A DNA stretch of 64,000 nt from Candidatus Binatia bacterium (lineage in GTDB: Bacteria; Desulfobacterota; Binatia; UBA9968; CAXXLF01). The stretch is from assembly GCA_963664015.2 (NCBI GenBank), contig CAXXLF010000001.1, positions 672,001-736,000 on the forward strand. Reading direction: 5' to 3'. The notes beneath the pieces are model-generated. The model saw only the letters and a list, made by a program, of their open reading frames with translations, made no database searches and had not been told where the DNA came from. How positions within the stretch are numbered: the first letter of the stretch is position 1; each line of letters opens with the position of its first letter. This document shows, one piece after another, positions 41,109 to 52,398 of this stretch. A program made the position numbers and the translations under genes.

Positions 41109-41597
41109 TTATTTTCTTTGTTTATTTCCTTTGACAAGCATCCAAAACATAACAAGGTGAGATACAAGCAGGAACGGAGCTGCAACAATCGGGATGAAAT
41201 AAGTTGCACCCATTTCAGCAGGTTGAGTGTACCTGAAACCCTGCATGATAGCGATGAGGAAGTCCATAAACCCTGCAAGATTGAACAGCCACACTGTCGC
41301 AATAGAAACTCTTAGCTTGGTCAATAAAGCCAATACAGAAACTAAAGCCAACACGGCAGCAATCAGATCCCCATAGGCCGCAGGATTCGCGAAACGCAAG
41401 TCTAATGAAGAACTCGTCACTCCAGTAAACAGAGAAGAGAGCCCCACATAACGAAAAATATGCGGGACAGTCATGAGAGCAAGCGCTTCATAAAATGGCT
41501 TCCTTTTCAGCCAAGGAATAATCCAGAATTTTACGATTATCATCCACCCGACAATGCCCATCGATATACTTATGAGTAGAAATCCAGTTTGGTTCAT
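41109..41597 (-). CDS. Hypothetical membrane protein
   Basis: Five hydrophobic helices, PHIFRYVGL and PAAYGD motifs; lower GC than neighbours. Confidence 0.8.
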   Translation of the reverse strand: MNQTGFLLISISMGIVGWMIIVKFWIIPWLKRKPFYEALALMTVPHIFRYVGLSSLFTGVTSSSLDLRFANPAAYGDLIAAVLALVSVLALLTKLRVSIATVWLFNLAGFMDFLIAIMQGFRYTQPAEMGATYFIPIVAAPFLLVSHLVMFWMLVKGNKQRK

Positions 41598-41792
41598 AGG
41601 GTCCTCTCGTCGTTCGTTCGCCAACAGGCCAATAGTAGAGTAGTGCAGGCCTAAACAATTCGCAACCGGACTACTCCAATCGGCGCTGCGTTCCGCATCC
41701 CGATCGAACTGGACGAGAGCGACCGAAATAATCGACTTCCACCCCCTTCCATCCCTTCACCGCATCATCACGCCGAAGTCCCTCTCCCGGTG

Positions 41793-42540
41793 CTAATAGT
41801 ACAGGCGCACGCCTAAGTAGTAAGTGCGTCCTATAAAAGGTCGCACCGTGAAGCTCGCGTTGGTGCCCGAACCGCTGTCATCGTCCGCCATGCTGAACTG
41901 GGGCGTGCCGTTCACGTCTTCGAATAGCGCCATCACGGTGTCGCTTTGGCCAAAGGTGCTGAACCGGTAGCTCCGCATCGCCGATGGGCGAATCACGAAG
42001 TTGAACTGCATTCCCGGGTCCAGTTGCAAGCGTTCAAAACTGGAAGGGTTCGAGCTTGCATTGATCCCGCGGTGCCAGCGGTGGATAGAAGGACTTCACC
42101 TCTCGCCGGTCCACTGGCGACAGGCCGGGTTTGGGCTCCAGCGGTTGGGTCTTGTAAATTTCGGGTTTCTCGATCACACCCGCCTCGAACGGTTAGTGCA
42201 TTATCGAATCCGCGTCCCAGGAAGATCCATGCACGTCTACGGGGTCGAGCTTGCAAATGATGTTGTGAAGCGTCGTCTCACGGGACAAGAAATTAGGCGG
42301 GCCGGCAAGTTCCGCATAAACCGCCTCCTCGTTCCACACAATACCCGCATTGGGATTCTGGTGCTCATGGGGAAACCCGAGAGTATGACGGATCTCGTGG
42401 ATTGCCGTGTCGACGTCCCAATTGTCGCCCTCGTCAAGATCCATGGTTCGATCGAACTGGGCAATCCCCAGTATGTCCCGACCAATATAAGAACAGTGGG
42501 CGGCAGGAGCGAAGTAAATCCTAACGCCTTTGCCTCCCAA
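41793..42540 (-). pseudogene. Astacin/M12 zinc metallopeptidase fragments with a C-terminal PPC-like domain
   Basis: SYIG, HEIRHTLGFPHEHQ, DSIMH* (Met-turn) and DDDSG.GTNA; stops, frameshift, no 5' end. Confidence 0.75.
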
Positions 42541-43023
42541 CTAATAAGCGCTCCCGTCCTTCCGTAGAGCTTTTCGCTTACCCTCAGGACCTACTACGAA
42601 CTGGATATCATCGTCCGGATAGTTCACCGAGTCGCCCGTGCTCCGGTCACCGATTTCCAGATAGCTCACGTGACTATCCGAACTATTGACCAGGTGATGC
42701 GCATCGCCTGTACCCGCCTTGAAGCCCGCGCACATACCGGCCTGGAGCAACGTCTCTCCCGCCTCGGTCACGAGAGTCGGAGCCCCCTCCACAACATAGA
42801 TGAACTCGTCCTGGCGCGCATGCGCGTGCCGCAGTGCTGAAGATTCCCCGGGAGCGAGGCGAGTGAGATTCACCCCGAAGTTGGTTAGGCCGAATATATC
42901 TCCAAGCGGGCGTTTCTGACGGCTTCCCATGCGCGAAGCGAATGGCTCAGGGTAATAGGCAGGCCTAATCCGTTGCGGAGCGTCCGCTGCGGTGATCGAG
43001 ACCGGGTATTTTAGCTGTTCCAT
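42541..43023 (-). CDS. Cupin domain protein
   Basis: FGVNLTRLAPG.SSALRHAH..QDEF; AHHLVN; YPDDD. Confidence 0.92.
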   Translation of the reverse strand: MEQLKYPVSITAADAPQRIRPAYYPEPFASRMGSRQKRPLGDIFGLTNFGVNLTRLAPGESSALRHAHARQDEFIYVVEGAPTLVTEAGETLLQAGMCAGFKAGTGDAHHLVNSSDSHVSYLEIGDRSTGDSVNYPDDDIQFVVGPEGKRKALRKDGSAY

Positions 43024-43167
43024 TACGATTCCTCCAAAAGCATTTTAATTTCATGGCCTCAACTGGCGTTAAGGCTTAATTATGCATGTTTTTGTATATT
43101 CCGGCGGCTTGATGCCTGGTACCGGTAACCTACCCTGTTGCCATGCGTTGGACCGACCTGCCATAAA

Positions 43168-43590
43168 TTAGACCTGGTAATCCAATTTCGCCAATTTAAT
43201 TCCTTCAAGCGCACAGGCTTCATCTTCATCACCCGTGCCGCCCGTAACACCTACCGCCCCGATAATTTCACCGCTTTGAAGAATCAGCACGCCGCCAGGC
43301 ACCGAAACCACTTTGCCGCCGGCCATATCGGACAAGGCCCCCAAGAAAGCCACCCGGTCCTTCAACCGCTCTCCCAAACGTCGGCTGGACTCCCCCATCC
43401 CAAGTGCACCCCAGGCCTTTCCCGTTGCAATCTGCGGGCGCAGGATACTCGACCCGTCTTCCCGCTTCAGCGCTTTCAAGTGACCCCCCTCATCCAGCAC
43501 CGCTACGGTCATGGGCTTGTATTTCATCTCCCTCGCCTTAGCGAGCGTCCCGTCCGCAATGATTGATGATTTTTCCAGTGTCAGTTTCAT
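43168..43590 (-). CDS. GlcG/HbpS-family heme-binding protein
   Basis: VAVLD.GG, REDG, A.GKAW.A, GGV...IGAVGVTG...DE motifs. Confidence 0.92.
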   Translation of the reverse strand: MKLTLEKSSIIADGTLAKAREMKYKPMTVAVLDEGGHLKALKREDGSSILRPQIATGKAWGALGMGESSRRLGERLKDRVAFLGALSDMAGGKVVSVPGGVLILQSGEIIGAVGVTGGTGDEDEACALEGIKLAKLDYQV

Positions 43591-43690
43591 CGAGATTCCT
43601 CCAACTACAGTTTAACAGAAGTTAAGTGATCCTCACAAATAACCGGTTATTAAAAAATAGCAAAATGCATGCCTAACCTCAGACTTATCT

Positions 43691-44000
43691 TCACCTGGCT
43701 TTTACTAGGACTCTTGCCTTGCGCCGGTTGGTTTCTGACCAGTCTATAGACAACAGCCCGCCAGGGTTGGAGTAACTCTTGGATCGCCACGCGATAGAAT
43801 AATATGAATGGCCGATAGCAGAGAGGTAAAGCCTGTGCGTGCGCTCGAAAAAGCCGACCGTATGGAAGGTATGGGGAAAGCTTAGATGAGTGACGTCCAG
43901 GTGATGCATAAACTCACGGCAAAGCGTGGATAAGGCCGTTTTGCTCGATGTTCAGCGCTTCTTCATAGCTGTACGGGTCCTGACCCTGATTCTTGCCCGC
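43691..44000 (-). pseudogene. Possible SprT-like zinc metallopeptidase remnant
   Basis: Degenerate TLCREFMHHLD...HTVGF (HExxH-like) with an upstream in-frame stop. Confidence 0.35.
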
Positions 44001-44141
44001 TGAAAGTCATCGTCGCCAAACACCCATAAGAATCAAGCGCAGACTTGCCCTCTATCCGACTTACTCATCCGACATTGCACCGTCCAACTTGAATATGTTA
44101 CTGACTGGGCCTGATGCACCACAAACAAAAGGAGTCCCGAG

Positions 44142-45572
44142 ATGCCTTATAAAGATCTGAGAGAGTTTGTTGCAGCCCTGGACCGGAACCATGAGCTTCG
44201 AGTCGTCGAAGAAGCGGATTGGGATCTGGAAATAGGCACCATTACCGAGCTCAACTATGAACGCAAGGGGCCCGCGCTCCTCTTCGATCGGATAAAGGGA
44301 TATCCCAAGGGATACCGCATCCTCACCAACCCGACTGAGACGCTGAGCCGGTCCCTTCTCTCCATTGATCTTCCGCTGGAACTGGACACGGACGCGGCGC
44401 TGGCTGCGTACGAGAAGAAGATAGCCTCCTATCAGCCCGTACCACCACGAGTGGTGACAACAGGGTCTGTTTTCGAAAACGTCTTTGAAGGCGCAGAAAT
44501 CGATCTGGAAAAGTTTCCCACCCCCAAGTGGCACGAAGACGACGGTGGCAGGTACCTTGGAACCGGCTGCGTCGTCATTATGCGCGACCCCGATCACGGC
44601 GGCATCAACTTCGGGACCTATCGGGTCATGCTCCATGATAAAAACACGGTGGGGCTCTACATCACGCCCAATCACACGGGCGCCATCATTCTCAGGAAGT
44701 ATTGGGAGAAAGGCCAGAGCTGCCCCGTGGCGATTTCCTTGGGACAAGAACCGGTCATGTTTCTCGGCGCCGCTCCCTATCTAGGCGAGAAAAGGGGAAT
44801 GTCCAAATACGACCTGGTCGGTCATTTCCGCGGTGAGCCGGTGGAAGTAGTGAACGAAGAGATCACCGGGCTTCCCATCCCCGCATCCGCCGAGGCGGTC
44901 CTCGTCGGCGAGGTCGCGCCTCCCGAAGTTGAAGCGAGGCCCGAGGGTCCCTTCGGCGAGTGGACGGGCTATTACGCCTCCGGGACACGGCCCGAACCGG
45001 TCATTCACGTAAAGAGGCTCTACCATCGCAACGATCCCATTCTATTGGGAGTGCCTCCGGTGAGGTTTCGGGGCGCCACCGCCCATTTCGGACTCCCCGT
45101 GGAGAGCAACTACATCAAGGAGAAGCTACAGAAGGCAGGCGTAGAAGACGTCATCGAGGTGTGGAACTTGGCGGTGCCCGGAGTGACAGTCGTCCAGATC
45201 CGCCAGCGTTATCCGGGGCATGCGATGAAGGCCGCCCTGGCCGCCTCCGGGGCTTATATGGGACGGTTCGTCGTGGTAGTGGACGAGGATATTAATCCCC
45301 GAGACCCTGAAGATGTGCTCTGGGCCATAGGGACCCGGTGCGATCCGGAGACGACCATCACGATCTTGAAAAGCTGCCAGTCCAGTGCCCTCGACCCCCG
45401 AATTCCACCGGATCGAAAACTGAGAAAAGACTTAACGAGCTCCCGCGCAATTATAGACGCGTGCAAGCCTTACGACTGGATTAAAAAGTTTCCCAAGACA
45501 AACATCGCAAGCCCGGAACTTCGTACCGCGGCCCTCGAAAAGTGGAAGGACCTGTTCACGCCAATAACGTAA
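44142..45572 (+). CDS. UbiD-family (prFMN-dependent) decarboxylase
   Basis: DLREF, PALLFDRIKGY, DGGRY.GT, GTYR, EGPFGEWTGYY, VVDEDI, VLWAIGTR. Confidence 0.95.
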   Translation: MPYKDLREFVAALDRNHELRVVEEADWDLEIGTITELNYERKGPALLFDRIKGYPKGYRILTNPTETLSRSLLSIDLPLELDTDAALAAYEKKIASYQPVPPRVVTTGSVFENVFEGAEIDLEKFPTPKWHEDDGGRYLGTGCVVIMRDPDHGGINFGTYRVMLHDKNTVGLYITPNHTGAIILRKYWEKGQSCPVAISLGQEPVMFLGAAPYLGEKRGMSKYDLVGHFRGEPVEVVNEEITGLPIPASAEAVLVGEVAPPEVEARPEGPFGEWTGYYASGTRPEPVIHVKRLYHRNDPILLGVPPVRFRGATAHFGLPVESNYIKEKLQKAGVEDVIEVWNLAVPGVTVVQIRQRYPGHAMKAALAASGAYMGRFVVVVDEDINPRDPEDVLWAIGTRCDPETTITILKSCQSSALDPRIPPDRKLRKDLTSSRAIIDACKPYDWIKKFPKTNIASPELRTAALEKWKDLFTPIT

Positions 45573-45774
45573 CATGCTCCGTGCTGGAGTCAGCAAGGGT
45601 AAAATGCGAGGCAGCCCGCTCCCATCTTCGGACATGTTTTACAGCAATTTGTCAACAAAAGACTTGACCCATTACGCGGAGCCTCGCTGCTCTACCTCCC
45701 TCTCGGCCGGTATCTTGCTGGCTCTGTGCCTGGGAGCGGATGGGGTCGAGGCGGATGCGGTGGCCTTTTTCTAA

Positions 45775-46320
45775 TTTTAGGGGGAATTCGGCGAGGATCT
45801 GCCAGAGACCGGTAGGCGCGTCGAGGACAAGTCCGTCTGTACAGCATGACGATCAGAGCTACCGGGAGTTGAATAGCCGGTCATCTTCGAGGATCTCGTA
45901 GGAGTCCCGCCGGCCGTGGGGGTCGTCGTAGAGAATGATGTGGGCGTCAACGGCGTCCCGTTGGATCTTCAAATGCATGACTGCTACCCCACCGTCAGGA
46001 TCGTCCACGCGGTTGTGTACGATAAAAAGCACCAGCCCTTCTCTTGTATGACCGAAAAAGATCAGCGAGGTATCGTCACGGAGCGCAGGGCCTCGCTCGC
46101 CGTACTAATACATGTACGACTCCCCGTAGGCATGGACCTCCCACGCAGTTTTACGGCTAAAGTCGGCGGCTTCGACGGTACCCAGTATGTTTGCATCGAA
46201 ATCACCGGCGCCGGGAGCAGACTCCTGGGATACACGGATCCTTGCTGCCTGGGTTACCGAGGGGACAGCAACCAGAATGATGAAAAGCAATCCAAAAAGA
46301 CTCAGCACGGTGCGCTGTTT
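45775..46320 (-). pseudogene. Secreted hypothetical protein with in-frame stops
   Basis: Signal peptide, then VSQESAPGAGDFDANILG...Y*YG...DDP...R*L*SSCCTDG in one frame. Confidence 0.5.
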
Positions 46321-46357
46321 TATCGGATTCCTTTGATCAGTTAGATAACACTCGCCT

Positions 46358-46735
46358 CTATGCCATGCGCCCGAGCGCCGCTCCGGCAAACAAGGCGATT
46401 ATCCCAATGCCGTTATGTACCGCCACATTCAGTGCCGCAACTAACCATTCGGAGGAACGGACCATCGCACCGATCTCGAAGATCATCGTTGAGAAGGTGG
46501 TAAAGGCTCCCAGGAAACCCACCAAAACCAGTATCCGCGTCTGCGGGGCAACGGGCCACCGGCCCTCGAACAGCGCCCAGAAAAGGCCAGCCAGGAAGCA
46601 CCCGGTGAGATTGACGGTAAGGGTCCCCCAGGGAAAGGAGGTGCCGTTAAACCGGTGAACGAATCCCGCCAGCCCGTAGCGGGCCACTGTTCCCAGCGCT
46701 CCCGCCAGTGCGAGCCACGCAATTCTCTGAATCAT
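46358..46735 (-). CDS. crcB: Fluoride efflux channel CrcB/FluC
   Basis: GALGTVARY, FPWGTLTVN, GFLGAFTTFST motifs. Confidence 0.95.
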   Translation of the reverse strand: MIQRIAWLALAGALGTVARYGLAGFVHRFNGTSFPWGTLTVNLTGCFLAGLFWALFEGRWPVAPQTRILVLVGFLGAFTTFSTMIFEIGAMVRSSEWLVAALNVAVHNGIGIIALFAGAALGRMA

Positions 46736-47211
46736 GGTTGGAGTTCCCCTTTCACATTGAATATTCCGGGCCACTTAGCCATGCCTAGCTCTTTACATCG
46801 CTTTACATAGTCGGGCGTAAACTTAGCCGAACAGATCTCCGGCTTTTGAACCGCTTTCCACTTGAGCCCGACGACGATCCTTTGAATGCTCTGGTGGGCA
46901 CCGTTACCGTCGTTGCCCGCACGGATGAAGATCGCGTAGGGCAATCGGTCGGTCTTGTCCAGGCAGGGATAATAGATACGGTCGAAAAAGTCCTTCAGAG
47001 CGCCGCGCATATAACTGAAGTTTTCCGTCGTCCCGAGGATCACGGCGTTGGCCCACATGACATCGTCGAGGGTAGCTGCCAACGGATTTTGAAACCGCAC
47101 CTACACTCCCTCGATATCCGGGTGGGACGCGCCCCGAAGCACCGCTTCGGTCAGCTCTCGCGCGTGGTCCGAGAGCGTATTGGTGACGATTAAAAGGTGT
47201 TTTCTAACCAT
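46732..47211 (-). pseudogene. Flavodoxin-like protein with an in-frame TAG
   Basis: MVRKHLLIV...EGV*VR...GTTENFSYM.GALKDFFDR.YYP...AGNDG. Confidence 0.75.
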
Positions 47212-47354
47212 CTCCGGTTGATTTCTTATCAGGTGATGGATCTCGCCCTTGCGAACGAATTTCCCTTCGCATAGTATCTCGTCACAAGAAACTCGTGGAA
47301 TCAAGCTTTCTTTTTTACGCCAACCGTTCGAACCGTAGCGAGAAGGGGGGGATT

Positions 47355-48152
47355 ATGCTGGCAGAAGTAACCTTCGGCAAGGGGAAAAAGGCTTATCTCG
47401 GCAAACCGGATAGCACGGAAAAACGGCCCGCCGTGGTCCAGCTCCACGAGCGCTACGGGATCGTCAAACACACCACGGACCTGACCCAGAAACTCGCCGA
47501 CGGTGGTTATGTCGGCTTCGCACCGGATCTCTTCTTCCGTTTTACCGGAAACCGAAAGGCCCTGGCCGAAGGTGACGCAGCGGCCGAGATACGGGACGAC
47601 GAGGCGCTCATCGATATAGACGAGGCGATTGCCTATCTACGGACACTGGACTTTGTCGATCCCGACCGGATCGCAGTGATGGGGGTGTGCCAGACAGGAA
47701 GGCAGCCGATTCTAGCAGCGGCGCACCGAAACGACTTGATGGCGATTCTCGTTCTTTACGGAGGTATCTACCAACGGGATTGGGTGGCTCACGAAGAACG
47801 GCCGGAAACCATCAGCGACATGATTGAACGCATGAACTGCCCGGTCCTGGGACTTTTCGGTGAAGGGGATCATATCATCTCCTGTGACGATGTCCTTCGA
47901 TTCCGCAATCATCTGGAGCAGAACAAGAAGAGCTATCACATTCGTCTATACAAGGAAGCCCCCCATGGGTGGCTCAATGACACCATGCCCGGAAGATATC
48001 GGCCGGAAGCTGCCAGGGACGCCTGGCAACTGCTGCTTTCGTTCCTTGGGAAGGTCTCCGACAATGGATGGGATCGGGACCGGGTCCTTTGGACCTTCGA
48101 TAGCGACATGTCTCCCGATTACGACTTCACCAAGAAAAAACGCTTGGCCTAG
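47355..48152 (+). CDS. Dienelactone hydrolase family protein
   Basis: HERYG, APDLF, GVCQTG nucleophile, GEGD, APHGW. Confidence 0.92.
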   Translation: MLAEVTFGKGKKAYLGKPDSTEKRPAVVQLHERYGIVKHTTDLTQKLADGGYVGFAPDLFFRFTGNRKALAEGDAAAEIRDDEALIDIDEAIAYLRTLDFVDPDRIAVMGVCQTGRQPILAAAHRNDLMAILVLYGGIYQRDWVAHEERPETISDMIERMNCPVLGLFGEGDHIISCDDVLRFRNHLEQNKKSYHIRLYKEAPHGWLNDTMPGRYRPEAARDAWQLLLSFLGKVSDNGWDRDRVLWTFDSDMSPDYDFTKKKRLA

Positions 48153-48410
48153 TCTTCCACTATGGCAGGCCCCATTCACCCCAGCGGGCCGCGATCTTAC
48201 CCATGTACTCCCGGCTCGACAAGTGTCGGGTTTTCAACGACTTATGCTCCGCTAGGGTCGTACGGAGGCGTACAATTTTTGACAGTGGACACGGGCATTG
48301 TTCGGCCAGGACGATTCCCCATATGTGCAACGTTTTCTCATCCTCCTATTGGAAAAACTCTCCTATTGCAGTATGGCGGTGTTATTTAATCGAAAAAGGA
48401 GGACTTCCCC

Positions 48411-49235
48411 ATGACTGACACCATTGGTGACGAACACCCTGGACTTGGAAACGGATTTGGAAGGCTAAAGGATAAGGTCGCTATCGTCACTGGAGCCAAT
48501 AGTGGTATTGGGCGAGCCACGGCGCGACTTTTCGCCCGCGAAGGCGCCAAGGTAGTCTGTTGCGACATTCAAGAGACCCTATCTCCCAGAGTGGACAGGC
48601 TTATCGAACAGGACGGTGGTCACGCCACATTTGCAGCCATCGATGTGACTCGTCAGACCGACTGTGACCGAATGATCCGCACGGCGTTAGAACAGTACGG
48701 TGGTCTGGATATTCTCTTCAACAACGCCGGCGGGGGAGTACGTAAGAAAATCCATGAATTTACCGACGAAGAGTGGAACTTCGTAATAGAATTGAATTTG
48801 AACGCCATTTTTCGCGGCGTGCGGGCTGCCATACCCCATTTTCTTAAATCAGGCAGAGGCAACATTGTGAATACGGCATCGACATTTGGACTCCTGGCCA
48901 CGGATCAATACCCCGCCTACTGCGCGACAAAGGCGGCGGTCGTCAACCTGACCCGGCAGATGGCCCTGGATTACGGCCCCAGTGGAATTCGCGTCAACTG
49001 CGTGTGCCCCGGTTCTACGGTTACTTCACGTTTCCGAGGGTTTCCTCCCCGCCCATCCCTGGAGCAGGCGACGAAAGAACAGTTGGAACGGATGGGAAAA
49101 AATAATCGTGCCTTGCAGCGGATGGCGAGACCCGAGGAGATCGCCTACGGTGTGCTGTTCCTGGCGTCCGACGAGGCTTCGTTTGTAACCGGACACGCAC
49201 TGGTCATCGACGGCGGCCAAACCATCGACGCGTGA
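48411..49235 (+). CDS. Short-chain dehydrogenase/reductase
   Basis: TGANSGIG, NNAG, YCATK, IRVNCVCPG, IDGG. Confidence 0.95.
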   Translation: MTDTIGDEHPGLGNGFGRLKDKVAIVTGANSGIGRATARLFAREGAKVVCCDIQETLSPRVDRLIEQDGGHATFAAIDVTRQTDCDRMIRTALEQYGGLDILFNNAGGGVRKKIHEFTDEEWNFVIELNLNAIFRGVRAAIPHFLKSGRGNIVNTASTFGLLATDQYPAYCATKAAVVNLTRQMALDYGPSGIRVNCVCPGSTVTSRFRGFPPRPSLEQATKEQLERMGKNNRALQRMARPEEIAYGVLFLASDEASFVTGHALVIDGGQTIDA

Positions 49236-49243
49236 CACTTAAA

Positions 49244-49455
49244 CTCGCAAAGCGCATAGCGCAAGATGAAAGCAAGCAGAATGCAGCAACCAGGTGGCAG
49301 TAGGCAGGAAAGACAGTGTTCAGTGAATATAGCTGTCAGCGATCAGCCTTCAGCTTTGAAATCTCTTGCTGCCAATTGCTACCTGTCTTTCTAAATTCCG
49401 TAGTCCTGTAGTCGGCAGTCAGTCGTCCCGAATCCAAGGCGACGCTTTGCGCGAG
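49244..49455. repeat. Nested inverted 7-nt tandem-repeat region between convergent genes
   Basis: Outer gcaaagc gcatagc / cgctttgc; inner caagcag aatgcag caaccag gtggcag taggcag gaaagacag / ttgctgcc..ctgtctttc; central tgtcagc gatcagc cttcagc. Confidence 0.65.
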
Positions 49456-49473
49456 GGGCCTTTTGGACGGGGG

Positions 49474-50142
49474 CTATGAATAAGCCTCATACAACCCGTC
49501 GAACTTTCCCAGTTTGATCCGCACCATAAAATGGGCGCTCTCCCGGACCAGCCGCTCATCCCGAGGTGTCTTGATATAGCCTGCTATCAATTGAGCGGAC
49601 GGCTCCGTGTGCTCCTTGTCCGCCTGCATGTGGACGGTAAAGAACTCAAGGTCGTGATCCCCCAGACCGTAGTGCTTACGCTGGTTGGTGCTGAACTCTT
49701 CCGAGTAGCAGCAGTCCATACTCTCGCTGGTAAGCGACGATGCGCGATTGACCATGGGGACCCCCAGGAGCATGTTACGTACGGTCCTGCAGGTATGGAT
49801 ATGGCACTCAAAGATCTGCGACGCGTCCACAAAGTCCGCCTCCTTTAAACCGATGGCGAGGCCGATGCGCTTGGCCATATCGGGGTGAGACTCTTCCTCA
49901 TGGAACTGGGTTAGGGATCGTTCCTAAAGCTCGGGATCGTAGGCGTTCTTTACCATGCCAAGGACGAAGCCCTTCAGTATGGCCTTATTGTAGAGGCAGT
50001 GCTGGATCGCCCATCCTTGCAGCCGACCGATGGAGAGCTTTCCCTCTCTGAACTCCGAGAAATAGCGGCTCTCCATGAGGCGCTCGACCCCCGGGTGAAT
50101 GACTTCCTTTCGTACCGAATCAACAACCGTTTTACCATCCAC
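49474..50142 (-). pseudogene. TenA/PqqC/heme-oxygenase-like diiron protein with an in-frame TAG
   Basis: Frame continues past TAG 49924-49926: FHEEESH...FFTVHMQADKEH; AGGAGG RBS. Confidence 0.75.
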
Positions 50143-50297
50143 GTGAGAGTTCCTCCTCCTTATAAGTATATGAGTCGTTTAACAAAGATGGTATGTTCTA
50201 TATGATGGTTAATGCTAAATTGGGTCTTTTAGTCTCCCATAATCCGGTGAGCCCCAGGGGAGGCTCTATCAATAAAGGGCAGCTGGATCAATGATAG

Positions 50298-50666
50298 ATG
50301 GATGAAACACGGTTGGAAACGGAGATCGGCCGGATCGTGGACCAGCTGCCCGTAGAGTTTCGGCTCCATCTGGAGAACCTGGCCATCGTGGTCGAAAAAC
50401 GGCCAACGAAGAGCCAGCTTAAGTCCCTGGGAATCGACCCAGAGCGGGGTACGCTCTACGGCCTCTACGAGGGCACGCCCCTCCCCCAACGATCGGCGGT
50501 CTATCCGCCCCTTTTGCCGGATAAGATCACGATCTATTCGGAGCCGCTGCTCAGTAATTTTCCCGACTCCGATGAGCAGCGCGAGCAGCTACGCCTCACT
50601 GTCTTACACGAGATCGCACATTATTTTGGGATGGATGAAGAAGAAATCGAAAAGTTGGGGTACTGA
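50298..50666 (+). CDS. Zincin_1 (DUF1025) minimal metallopeptidase
   Basis: LYGLYEG.P, PDKITIY, HEIAHYFG. Confidence 0.92.
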   Translation: MDETRLETEIGRIVDQLPVEFRLHLENLAIVVEKRPTKSQLKSLGIDPERGTLYGLYEGTPLPQRSAVYPPLLPDKITIYSEPLLSNFPDSDEQREQLRLTVLHEIAHYFGMDEEEIEKLGY

Positions 50667-50697
50667 GACCCACTTTCAAGCCTGCAACACGAAAAAG

Positions 50698-52398
50698 TTA
50701 AGCCTTCCACAAGCGGCGAACCTGAATAAGAATCTCCTCCGCTATTCCGGGCACCAAAGGATTCATTTGCTCTTCAACTTGGGTTTTAACGGACTCATGG
50801 CACTGCTTGCGCCCGTCTTCAACTAGCTTCTCGAACCGGGATTCCCAAAGGGACGCCCGGATTACGGCGGCCGGCAGATCAATGGTTTCCACAAAATCCG
50901 TGATTTTATCTTTTCCGAAGTGCCACGCTGCCCCCGCGGCAACCACGCCGATTACCGCCCCGATCAGGAATCCAATGGGACCGCTGCTTCCCAAAAGAGC
51001 CGAGATGATACACACGCCCAGAGTCTTACCGAACCCGCCGCTTAGGGTTCCCAGGGCGGCGGCGACCGACACGGTGAGCGCCGCCCCTATCGCGTCACCG
51101 TACCCTTGCCCAATGACATCAGCGGAATCATTGGTGCCCCAACCACCTACCCTTTCCCTCAGCTTCTCCGGGGTCTTTAAGCCGGCGATCTCTGTCCCTA
51201 TCCCTTTAAATGTTTCTTCAATGGCAAGGGATAATGTCTGTTGGAATTGGGGCGCAGCCTGTTGGGTGATGAATTCCCCGATTGCCGGAGCAAAGGATTC
51301 GGTGGCTGTATTGATGTCGGATCCTAAATCGCTTATTTTTCCACCCTCCTCACGGAAGGTGCGGAGCCGGGTGGAGATTCTTCTATCATAAAGTTCCGTG
51401 GTCACGTACGAAGCGATTTCGTCTCCCAATGTGGTTATAGATTCTCTAACCTCTCTCACAATCAGAGATCGGATGGGGGACGCTAAGATGTCGCCATAGT
51501 AGCGATTGAAAAGAAGCGGTAGACGGTCCTTTAACTTTTCAATTTTGAAACCTTGCCAGGCGGCGAGTGCGGCTCTAGGAATCACAACCACGATAACCAC
51601 CGTGATGGCGAAGAGGTGAATCCACGGGCCCGCCGGATCGCCTTCCGGACCGAGGAGCCGAGAAATTTGCACGCTAGCCTCCAGTTCCCAACCGAGCAAG
51701 CGGGAGACAAATAAGCCAGGCCCGAACACAAAGTTGATGATTGCTGAGACTCCCTGCTCTGAACGGATGTAGGTACTGGTCCAAACCACATCATAATCCT
51801 GGAACAGTCCGCGAAAATACATCCCAACGGTAGCCCCGAGAGCCAAACCAGTCGCCCCGTAATGCAAGAGCCTCCACGCACCGGGTAAAATGTAACCAAG
51901 GAAGCAAGGGATGTGTTGCGCGGCGTGGAGAGCGCCGTCCTTGCCCCCCTCCTCCTCTTCGTCTGTCCCTCCGGCTCCCTTTCTCTTGAAACGCGCCAAG
52001 CCAAATGGAAACAGCTTTTTTCGTAGCAGCCAAAGTATCAAGAAGAGGTAGACCAAGAGATTCCAAGCGACAAACAAGGCGACCGGGTTACGGACCAGGT
52101 GAATTTTCTCCACCGGCCCCAGCAGGTTGGTGGCAAAACCAAAGGCAAGGGCGATCAGAAAAACCGGAAGGGAGCAGGGTCGTGAAAATCTCGCCAGAGG
52201 CAATATGGAACGGTACCTTGCGGGCGACCGCTCCATCAGGTAGGAGGCGCGCTTCACAAACCACGCCGATCCGTTGAAATCTTTGCCAGCGTGTTGGATG
52301 GCACCGGTCAGAATCTCACCGGGGAACGCTGCGCTGTCGCACTCCTCAACGGAACGGATCAAAATGATTTGTGCAGCTTGTTCTTCGTTCAACGCCAC
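50698..52398 (-). CDS. DUF2868-like membrane protein with a Gly-rich C-terminal helical domain
   Basis: N-terminal TM helices, LH...G....GMYFRGL...Y...WTST, VVIPR; C-terminal GPIGFLIGAVIG. Confidence 0.65.
   Translation of the reverse strand: MALNEEQAAQIILIRSVEECDSAAFPGEILTGAIQHAGKDFNGSAWFVKRASYLMERSPARYRSILPLARFSRPCSLPVFLIALAFGFATNLLGPVEKIHLVRNPVALFVAWNLLVYLFLILWLLRKKLFPFGLARFKRKGAGGTDEEEEGGKDGALHAAQHIPCFLGYILPGAWRLLHYGATGLALGATVGMYFRGLFQDYDVVWTSTYIRSEQGVSAIINFVFGPGLFVSRLLGWELEASVQISRLLGPEGDPAGPWIHLFAITVVIVVVIPRAALAAWQGFKIEKLKDRLPLLFNRYYGDILASPIRSLIVREVRESITTLGDEIASYVTTELYDRRISTRLRTFREEGGKISDLGSDINTATESFAPAIGEFITQQAAPQFQQTLSLAIEETFKGIGTEIAGLKTPEKLRERVGGWGTNDSADVIGQGYGDAIGAALTVSVAAALGTLSGGFGKTLGVCIISALLGSSGPIGFLIGAVIGVVAAGAAWHFGKDKITDFVETIDLPAAVIRASLWESRFEKLVEDGRKQCHESVKTQVEEQMNPLVPGIAEEILIQVRRLWKA

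Noticed and set aside
47232-47247. GGTGATGGATCTCGCC resembling the 5' part of a fluoride riboswitch near crcB
   Set aside because: On the opposite strand to crcB, and the downstream pseudoknot partner is missing
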